Positions 47,300-64,000 of a stretch of DNA of 64,000 nucleotides are shown here, in pieces. A program made the position numbers and the translations under genes. Source of the DNA: the human T2T-CHM13v2.0 reference genome, Homo sapiens; NCBI RefSeq assembly GCF_009914755.1, contig NC_060925.1; one strand, 5' to 3'. Below the pieces are notes generated by a model, which was given only the letters and a program-made list of their open reading frames with translations, was not told the DNA's origin and made no database searches. Within the stretch, counting starts at the first letter, position 1. Every line of letters begins with the position of its first letter.

Positions 47300-47600
47300 G
47301 GCTGCGGAGCAAGGGGCCCGGCGGTAGCCCCGGACGGCAGCAGGAGGCCGAGGCGGGAGCGCGCGGGGCTGAGGCGGCGGCGGCGGCGGCGGGAAGGGGC
47401 TGGGTGGTGGAGCGGGAGGGAGGCTGAGGAGGCTCCCCCTGCGGGACGGGCGCGGGGACGGCTCCGGGGGGCGGGGGCCGGGGCCCGGGCCGGCTCGCGC
47501 GGGGGGTATGATGACCCGGCTGCGGGGCCCCAGATCTCGTCTCCTCCGCCGCCTCCTCACGGCAGCCCCAGCTCGCGGCTGAGAACCAGACACACCGGCG
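47300..47600 (+). other. HIPK1: Candidate alternative HIPK1 first exon 1b (5' end unknown)
   Basis: Strong donor GCG|GTGAGT at 47600/47601 inside the CpG island. Confidence 0.55.
47373..47392 (+). repeat. (GGC)6 trinucleotide repeat
   Basis: Read directly in the HIPK1 CpG island. Confidence 0.95.
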
Positions 47601-50031
47601 GTGAGTGGGGACGGGCAGGAGGGGTCCTCGGCGGGGAGCGACTTCCCCTCAGCTCCCTGAGGCGGGGCCGGGCCGGCCGCCGGCTCTCCTGGAGCGCCCA
47701 GCCTGCCGGGGGCGCCTTCCTCAAAGGGCCCCTGCCTGGGACCGGGCGCCGCGTCTTGCGGCCCGGCCGCTCACTGCCGCTGAGGGGATTGCCTTCCCAG
47801 GAAGGTGGGGAGGCTCCGGGCTGGTTTTCGGGGCAACTCCCCCTGCCTCCTGCCACTTCTCGCCTGGGCGTGTTGTCCTTAAGTGACAGGGGACCGCCTT
47901 GCGTCTCCTCACTCGGCCGGTTTTTTCCCCGGCTGTCGTGGCAGGTTCCCAGTGTGTGGCTTGTGCGTGTGTACTTCACAGCTCCGCTTATCACCATGGT
48001 TTTGGGTTATTTGTGCTGTTTGGGACCAGGAAGCCGTGCCTGGAGAGGACGACAGTGGGGTGGGTGTGGAAGCTTTTCTGTCGTCTCCGCTGATGTTCTG
48101 TAGTCGTTAGGCTTGTAATTCGTAATGACGGTGGAGACTACGTGAGACCAGCCCACCTAATGTATATCTGTACAAGGGAGATCTAGAGGTCTGGCCCAAA
48201 GGGAAACTTTTGCTGCCACCACTTTCAAAGCTTTCGTTAAAAAAACAAAAGGGAGGGGGAAGGTGGAGAAACAACCAAAATTCTGGTAAGGCCCACACTG
48301 TTCACAGGTCTGTGGGGAAGAGTCCCCTTTTTGTGCTTAGCAACCAAGACGTGGAGTTCCGTCTCCAGGAGCGTTGGTCTAACCTCCAGTTTGTTGTGGT
48401 GACGAGCTGTGAGCAATGGCCTGTGTTTATGCTGGGCGAGCTTTCTTTCCTACTTGGGGAGGGGGGTTCAGGATGGGAGGATGCGGGTAGGGAAGAGGGG
48501 GGGAAAACCCCCAAGCTCCAGTAAGTCTTTTCTTTACTTAATCACTGATTCTGTTGTAGGTAGACTCATTTAGAGGCAGTCCTAGATGCTCTTTCTTGTC
48601 TATTAGTGACACTTTGGGAATTCTCAGTAATTGCATCAACATAATACTTTCAGCTATAGACTCTCTGTCCCAATCTGTCCTTTATCTTGTTTCTTAGTAA
48701 CTGGTGAAAACAGCAGTGTGGCTTCCCGCTCTTGATGAAATAGGGTTAAATTAAGTGGCTGATGCCCTCAGCAAACCTACAATTTTCCTTTTGTTTGTGT
48801 AAAGCTATTTTTGATCTCTGGTCTGTGGGTTTTTTTTTTTTTTTTGTAAGATTATAGAGAATGCAAACTATTACTAGCTTTTTTCATATGGAAGCCTAAA
48901 GCTTTCTATAAAACATTTTAAAATCTAACAAATCATTTGACCTAATTTTCATTATTCAGCTGGTGATTTTGGATCTTTACATGTAATTATCTCAGGGTTC
49001 TGTGTTATAATACTGTTATGATGAAGGGTGGCATTGACTTTAAGATACTGTTCCTGGCTTGAAAGATATTTTAGTAAAGTACTTGCGGTTGGAACTGGAG
49101 GCAGCCAAGCCAGTAAAGTATCTTAGAATAAAATGGTGAATGAGATCTTATAAATATACTGGCTCTGGTTGGCAAGTAGAACTTTTGCTGGTGATACCTT
49201 CATGAATAGTTTATCTCTCGACACTGTAGTTTTGTGGTTTTTTGAGCAAGTTCGTTGGTAACTTGAGACTTCAAACCAAACCAGAACTTCCTTCTAAAAG
49301 AAAAAAAAAGAAGAGATAATCTCAAAGTTCACAATTCTTTGGAAAATAAACTTCTTTCATTCTGTGCTTTTGTTTTTATAAGCACAGCTCCATCAATGAT
49401 TTGTTGGTACAAATCAGTGAGTCATACCGGCCTTGTAAAGTTCTTACACTTGGAACTTGTGCAGCTTGTTAGTTATATATTGTAACTGGTCTTGTAATTT
49501 GAAGTAATTTTGCAAACATGAGCTGCTTGATCTGCCACCTGCATGAGTGTATAACAGCAGTCTGTATTTTTTAGGTCTTTTTAAAAAAAATTTACTATTA
49601 TTCCTCCCGTTATCTTCCCTTCCTCTCCCTTTGTGCCATTCTGAACACAAGTCATCAAGATTATTTTCCTTTAAGTACCACTTCAACAATCACTGGTTTG
49701 TCTTTTGGTTCCTTTTGTTTTTGTTCCTGATCTTCCCTTTAGTTGTTGGAACCCAGCTCCTAAATGCCTAATATATTCCTGTAGTGCATAATTTGGCACT
49801 TGAAAAATTTACATCCTGTTTTCATATTTTTCTTTCTTTTTCATGTGTTATATCATTTCAGCAACATTTTAAGTTTTTTGAAGGTAAGGAAACTTACATT
49901 TCTTTTAGATTCTTTAAGGGTACCTGGTACAGTGCTTTCCCAGAGTGCTTAAGGAAAAAGAATGAGAAGACCTTTGCCAGCATTGCTACTCATTAGCGCT
50001 GGGTAAAACTCGTTTGGCCTTTTTGGATCTG

Positions 50032-50339
50032 TTTTTTTTTTTTTTTTTTTTTATTTGAGACAAGATCTCGCCCTGTCGCCCAGGTCGGAGTGCCGTGGTG
50101 GGTTCAGGCTGGAGTGCAGTGGTGGGTTCAAGTGATTCTCATACCTCTGCCTCCTAAGTAGCTAGGACTACAGGCACTACAGGCACGCACCACCATGCCT
50201 GGCTAATATTTGTATTTTTAGTAGAGATAGGGTTTTGCCATGTTGGCCAGGCTGGTCTCAGACTCCTGACCTCAAGTGATCCACCTGCCTCGGCCTCCCA
50301 AAGTGCTGAGATTACAGGCGTGAGCCACCATGCCTGGCC
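50032..50339 (-). mobile_element. Alu with internal duplications and a deletion
   Basis: Alu consensus with a 24-nt and a 9-nt duplication. Confidence 0.88.
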
Positions 50340-51248
50340 TGGATCGCCTTTTTCTCATCTCGGAATTAGGGGGTTTTAGAATCTTTAAGGTCCCTTTTAT
50401 CTGTAAGAGTTCCAGTACTTTTTTGCTAGTGTCTTCTGCTCCAGTTAAATATATCTCCTTACTCTACACGGTTTTTTATTTTTCCACATCCTTTGGCATA
50501 CTAGCATAGCAAAAGTCATCTCATTCTTCTGAAAGAGCCTCCTCCATCTTCCATTCTCCAAACTGCTGTTGCCTTACTTAAGTCCCGTTTTCCTTCAGCC
50601 TTTGCTGGCATATTGTTTATGTTTCATATTGATCTCTGCTTTGTTAATTTTAACTTTTTCTTATCCTGGAAACTCCTCAAGGTATAGTTTTCTTAATTCT
50701 AAGCTTTATAGACCTATAGACTGTTATGTGCAGGTACTAAAATGTAGTACCTTTTTACTAAACACAAAGCACTTACTTTTCTTTTGTTCTGTTGCCGTAG
50801 TCATTCCAAATAAATCTAAGTGAACTATTGATTTTGATACAAAGCAACAGCCTCTGCCACACTGAAGAAGTGAGCTTTAAGCAGAGACTAGAAGGGTAAG
50901 TAAAAGTTAGGAAAAGAAAAGCCTAAGGGGGAAAATGAAGTTCAGAGAGGAAACATGTTGAAGGAACTAGGGCCAGAGAAGGCAAGGTCTATTGTGGGAA
51001 CCCAGAGAGACTTGGTAGTATTGGAAGAGAAAGTGCCTGGGGAAAAGCGCAGATGAAACAAGGCTGTGCAAGTAATCGTGGTCCAGATCTTGCAAGGCCT
51101 GGTAATCCAAATTAGGAATTTTGGTGTTTGTCCTAAGGTTTTAAGTGGGGGATAGGTACACTTTTTTTTTTTCAGATGTGCATTTTTAAAAGCTTCAGTT
51201 GAGAGGTGAATAATGAATTGGGAGAGGGGAGCTTAGAAAAGGGGCTTG

Positions 51249-51525
51249 AGGCCAGCATCGTGGCTCACACCTGTAATCCCAGCACTTTTGGAGGCTGAGG
51301 TAGGTGGATCACTTTAGGAGTCTGAGACCAGCCTGAGCAACATGGTGAAACCCTGTCTCTACAAAAAATACAAAAAAATTAGCTGGGCGTGGTGGCATGT
51401 ACTGGTAGTCCCAGTTACTCGGGAGGCTGAGGTAGGAGGGTGGATTGAGCCCTGGAGGTCCAGGCTGCAGTGAACGAACCATGATCGTGTACTGCACTCC
51501 GGTCTGGGTGACAGAGTCTCAAATA
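51249..51525 (+). mobile_element. Alu inside L2-like sequence
   Basis: Alu consensus. Confidence 0.88.
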
Positions 51526-52324
51526 AAGGGGGGAAGTTGAGAGTACAATTTGGAGGAAACCAGTTAAGCTGTTTAAGTATGGGATTGTGCAGTAGGGGTG
51601 GAGAAAACTTAGGAGAGTAGAGAGAGATTTAGGTGTTCTGTTGGGAAGAATTTTCTTCCCAAACTTGTCTCACTTTGTTTTTACAGAAGATGTACTCTTA
51701 TCATCTGTAAAAAATATGTATCAGAGTATGTGATAGACAATATGTATACCTGTGTTCATGTCATCTGAGGATAAGTGCTGGAGCAAGAAATCAATATATA
51801 GTACAGTTTTTAGGTCATTTGGCTAACCAGCTGTTAAATTGTATGAAAGAGGCAAAGATAACATTGAGCAAAAGCAACAGGAATTTATTACTGGTGTGTC
51901 AGGAAAAAGGTTACTGAGGGGTAAGGACAAATCAATGGAAAATGATTACCTGGGTTGTCTTATCCAACTGTTCCATTCAGGGTTATAATATTTGGATCCT
52001 TTTAATAAGATTATTTGCCTATAGTGCTTATAGTGTGGAGCACCCAGTAAATAATGTTAAATGGATGTGACCATGCCAGGGAGTGGGAAAGTTGTTAATC
52101 TGTTTTTGAAAGCCTTGGATTCTAGCTATTATCTTTTAGCAATAAGTACAAGTACCAATGATCTTTTGCCCATCATTGCTACTTTGGTATTAATGAACTG
52201 GGCAAATTTGTCATTATATTGAGATGGTTAAGTCCTTGGAAAGTCAGATTTGAAATGTAAAGACTTCATTTATTGCTGGAGTCAAGAGGCGCAGCATTTT
52301 CAGGAAGTCAAAAATAACTTTTTA

Positions 52325-52670
52325 TGCCAGGTACGGTGGCTCATGCCTGTAATCTCAATATCGTGGGAGGCCAAGGCAGGAGGAGGATTGCTTTAGAGCA
52401 GGAGTTTGACACCAGCCTGGGTGACATAGTAAGACCTCATCTCTGAAAAAAAAAAAAAAAAAAAAAAAAAATTAGCCAACTGTGGCATGTGCCTGTAGAA
52501 ATTAGCCAAGCGTCCTGGTGTGTGCCTGTAGTCCTAGCTACTTGGATGGCTGAAGCAGAGGATTGCTTGAGCCCAGGATTTCGAGGATACAGTGAGCTGT
52601 GATCACACCACTGCATTTCAGCCTCACTGACAGTGGTGAGAACCTGTCTCAAAAAAAAAAAAAAAAAAAA
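52325..52670 (+). mobile_element. Alu (AluJ-like) with a duplicated right-arm start
   Basis: AATTAGCCAA...TGTGCCTGTAG occurs twice. Confidence 0.88.
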
Positions 52671-52679
52671 GAATCAGCT

Positions 52680-53480
52680 GTTTTTTTTTTTTAAACCTTT
52701 ATTTTAGGTTCAGGGGTACATGTGCTGGTTTGTTATATAGGTAATCTATATGTCACAGGGGTTTGGTGTACAGATATTTTGTCGTCCAGGTAATAAGCAT
52801 AGTGCCTGACATTTATTTTTTCTGATCCTCTCCCTTCTCCCACCCTCCACCCTGAAGTAGGCCCCAGTGTCTGTGGTTGGCCTCTTTGTGTCCATGTGTT
52901 CTCGTTCTTTAGCTCCCACTTTTAAGTGAGAACATGCAGTACTTGGTTTTCTGTTCTGTGTTTGTTTAGGATAGTGGCCCTCCAGCTTCATCCATGTTGC
53001 CTGTTGCTGCAAAGGACATGGTCTTGTTCTTTTTTATGGCTGCATAGTATTCCATGGTGTATATGTATCACATTTTCTTTAGTCTACCATTGATGGGCAT
53101 TTAGGTTGAATTTCATGTCTTTCCTATTGTGAATAGTGCTGCAGTGAACATATGCTTGTGTCTTTGTGGTAGAATGATTTATATTCCTTTGGGTATTTAC
53201 CCAGTGATGGGATTGCTGGATCTAATGGTAATTCTGTTTTAAATTCTTTGAGGAATTGCCACATTGCTTTTCACAATGGGTGAACTAATTTATACTCCCA
53301 TCAGCAGTATAAGTGTTCCCTTTTCTTCACAACCTTGCCAGCATCTGTTATTTTTTGACTTCTTAATAATATTCATTCTGACTGGTGTGAGATGGTATCT
53401 CATTTTAGTTTTGATTTGCATTTCTCTAATGATTAGTGATGTTGAGCAATTTTTCATATGCTTGTTGACTGCAAGTGTGT
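52680..53480 (-). mobile_element. L1PA/L1PB 3' end
   Basis: TTTTAGGTTCAGGGGTACATGTG..GCTGCATAGTATTCCATGGTGTATATG..GACTGGTGTGAGATGGTATCTCATT. Confidence 0.92.
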
Positions 53481-54070
53481 CAAAAATAGCTTTTTAATTT
53501 ATTGAGTTGCTATTCACATTGAATTGAAAATATCTGTAATTTGCCTCACAGATTCTGATATATAGTAAGTTTTCCACAGATGTTAATTCTGTTTTTGTTG
53601 TTGTTGTTGTTTGAAAGCTCTCCACCTAGGAAGAGAATTGCCTCCCCACTTGCAAAGGCAAGTTTAATAGAACATAATATCTTTATCCTGTGTCTAGAAA
53701 TTGCTGTTTTAGCTGAGTTTCAGAGTAGAATATAAATAAGAGTCTGTTGGTTTTTCTAGGCCATTGTGATTCTGTATTTTCTTCTCACCTTGTGTTAATT
53801 GAGGTCAGAATGAGTCTCAGCCACACTGTAAGAACCCCGGTGGTCTGATACTGACTTTTTGTACATCACACCCTTGCTGTGGGGAAGACCAGTGAAAGAA
53901 TTCTGAGTTGTCCTTTCCCCTTGGGTGAACTAAATTTGTCTTTATGGATAAGAACTATAATCATTTAATATTAAAACATTCTGAAAAATATCCTAGAACT
54001 TGTACTTTTTTCAGTGCCCAGTGTGAAGATCTGAAATCATAAGTAATCTTTTATTATGTTTTTTGGGTAA

Positions 54071-54387
<317 letters not shown>

Positions 54388-55633
54388 ATGAATACATTTT
54401 TAAAAATTTGGTATTTCATGAATTCTTTTCAGTATTACTTTATGACCCCCCTATTCCTAGACAGTTGCTACAAACTGCAAATTTTCTATTTAGATTCTTT
54501 CACTAAATACTTCAAGTTACATAAAAGTTGTGTTTATGTTTTTTGATAGATTGTTAAAATTAGGTGAACAATATTAACATTGTTAATGGAAAACAAATTT
54601 AGAAAATTTGCTTCCTTTTGTTGTTCAACAGGTTGGCTTAATTTTATGATAAATACTTACACATATATTTTAATAGGTGCATTTTGTAAAGGAGGTACTT
54701 GGTTTCAGATTTTTCTTTTATTATATTTGGTATTTCAGTGAAGTAGGTAGAACAAGATGATTTGTAAATTCAGCCTCACAGTTAAATTGTACTGACCTTA
54801 GCTTTTAATTTGTACTTTTTTTTCTCTTCAAAGTTTATATAAATTATGGAAACTCTTAAAGTAAATCTCAACTGAGTTTTAGAAATTGAAGGCAGAGGAT
54901 TTGTTCTTTCCAGCTGACTAGTCCAGTGCAGGTGGTTTCTAGTTGTATTCAGGCACAAAGAAATGTACTTACTGCCTTTTGATGTTCTGTAACATCCTTT
55001 GTCATGTTTCCTTCCTTTCTTGTTGTGTTTATTCTTTTATGATTAGTAATGTTATACTGTATGGATTGGAGTAGAGACTTCCCCCATGACTCAAGGACCA
55101 CACAGATAAAAAGGAGGGAAGACATTAAAAAAAAAAAATCAAGGATCGAGCATTTGAAAATACTACAGTTGAATGTGAGTGGTAGGGAGTTGTATTTAAT
55201 AGATATGAGATTGGTAGGCAGGGGTCAAATAATTCATCCAACAGATAATTGAGTATGTATATATTGTCAGTCTGTATAAGGCTTTGGTGATAGAAGAGCA
55301 AGACAGAGATGGTACATGTGCCGGAGCTTATACTGTAGCTGGGAATGTAGCATTAAATAAATACTTTCAAGTTAACAGGTTGCTGTGGGAATGCATGGTG
55401 GGGGCAGGGGGTGATCGTAGGGAGCGTTTCTGCATGTGACAGAGGTGTCAGGGCAGTTTTCGCAGCAGAAAGTCTTCAACATATTTAGAGGGCCTGGAGG
55501 TGAGTGGCCTTCCAAGAACTAAAGAAAGAAAGGCAGTGTGGCTAGAGTGGGGGTTAGGGGAGGAATCAAAGTGGGGAGATGTTGGAAGGCAGCAAGCAGA
55601 TTTTGGAGTGCATTTTAAGGCAGGTTGAGACAG

Positions 55634-57764
<2,131 letters not shown>

Positions 57765-58019
57765 CATACTGGTTACTTTTTTATCTTAAAATGTGGTAGA
57801 CAATTGAATGCATTTTATGTATGACCTGAGCAGAGTGGATAATCTTCACTTTGTCCAGCACGTTCTGTACACTGTTTCTATGAATATAGGTCAAGATTGA
57901 ATTAGTTTTTGAGAAGAGGAGAACATTATTACATCATGTTTCTTTTATCAAGTAAAAGTGTGTGTGTGTGTTTGTGTGTTTTAAATCTAAGCCTTGTATC
58001 TTTTATCCTTGTGGTCTAA

Positions 58020-59153
<1,134 letters not shown>

Positions 59154-59380
59154 TAGAGTTCTGTCCTTATATTTAACATATACCCCGTAGGCTACATATA
59201 GCAATGAATTTGTTTATAGATTCTGAGATAGAAATAGGATATGTTTTAGCTCATTCTATGTGTGTGGCATTCCTATATATGACATTTATTTCTGAAATTT
59301 TATCTAGCACTGGAAAAATTAACTCAGTCTGATTCTGAAAGTTGTTACTAGTTGAATTATACTAGCACCTGGTTCTTTAG

Positions 59381-60015
<635 letters not shown>

Positions 60016-60729
60016 ATTTTCCCATTTTGAAGAGTCTTGAAATACACAAAGATATTTACTTATTTGTAATGAATCTGAGCATATGTTGCTGTTTTTTCGA
60101 ACCTCTTATCTTGGCAGGTAAAATAACGTGGGAATAACTCTAGGTTTAACTCTAGTAACATTTTATTCTTTTACATTTTCTTCTGTAGTAGCATGAATTG
60201 AATTACATGGTTGCTACAATCTCTTCCTGTTTTAACTTTCTCTAAATACTTTGAACTTAATGGGTTATCCTAGAATGGCCTTGACCCAAGTACCTTATAC
60301 TTTAATGATATATATTTCTAGATTGATACTTTTAATGTAGCTACCATTTTAATATATAATAATTATTGGGACAGTATGTAAATGCTGATATATACAATTT
60401 TGTCTGTACCATAACCAAGGCTTTTAAAATGTGCTTTTTATCAGCACCCATTTACTTACTTGCCTAGTTATTAATTTTAAGGAATCTAATATTTAGTTTT
60501 AATGGCCATACATTAAATACAAATCATGTAAGCATCCAATCAAGAAGTGAAATAATAAAAACATAGATAACCTATAAAATATGTTTATAAGGAGCTATAC
60601 ATGCCAGATGCCTGTAATAAAATTTGAGGAAATAGAAATTCTGAATTAAGAATTTTATATTATGTGTGAAAATAATGTGAGGATATTTTAACCCATACAA
60701 GGACTCAGAAAAAATGTCATCTGCATGTT

Positions 60730-63625
<2,896 letters not shown>

Positions 63626-64000
63626 ATCCTTATTTCTTTATATCTTTTCACAGTTTTATAAAACTGGTATTTTTTACTTGAGGTAAGGTAAATAAACTCT
63701 TAGAGCCTTTGTTTTCTGGTTTTATGCTGCCCTAGGCAACCTTGGCTAACTTTAAGAATGTCATCTCCATTTATTTATTTATGCCTTGGGAGATTTAGGT
63801 TCCAACTACATTTGCTTTTTAATGCTCTCCTTTGAGCAGTCTCACCACCAGCCACACCAACATAACATATATATAACATACTCTACAGGTGCACTGAAGA
63901 ATTCAGCGCAGCATCCCATTTTGAGTCCTCAGGAGGGACTAGGCAGACCACAGCTGAAGGAAGAGGGCTGATCAGCTCTTCCTTTCTGTCTTGACTCTGT

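Larger units (their letters stand above)
46900..48150. promoter_or_regulatory. HIPK1 CpG island promoter (divergent with HIPK1-AS1)
   Basis: Very GC- and CpG-rich; ETS-like ACTTCCG at 47182-47188; (GGC)6; G-run clusters; 11 kb upstream of the ATG exon. Confidence 0.9.

Noticed and set aside
47201-48110. Several Pro/Arg-rich ORFs on both strands
   Set aside because: Expected by chance in a CpG island; no homology recognised.

Overview
Human genomic DNA, recognised from the encoded proteins as the 1p13.2 cluster BCL2L15 - AP4B1 - DCLRE1B - HIPK1. From left to right it contains: (1) the first two coding exons of BCL2L15/BFK (minus strand; the rest lies left of the window); (2) the complete AP4B1 gene (minus, 10 coding exons, 2220 nt, 739 aa); (3) a CpG-island bidirectional promoter; (4) the complete DCLRE1B/Apollo/SNM1B gene (plus, 4 coding exons, 1599 nt, 532 aa); (5) a repeat-dense intergenic stretch; (6) the HIPK1 CpG island with two candidate first exons, and the 1078-nt exon 2 that ends at a GC donor. 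About 50 Alu/FLAM copies are present, plus L1, L2, MIR, MER20, MER5 and a mariner (MARNA-like) relic. Most short ORFs in the ORF track are Alu or L1 artefacts. I found no CRISPR array, tRNA, rRNA or new multi-gene system. The most interesting signals are at RNA level: HIPK1 exon 1a is open and in frame with the HIPK1 ATG (possible 71-aa extension); a HIPK1 exon-2 circle would encode a 396-aa truncated kinase with a new tail; and a 293-nt exitron in DCLRE1B exon 4 would remove the TRF2-binding motif. Exon boundaries were read base by base. Repeat boundaries and subfamilies are approximate, by-eye calls.
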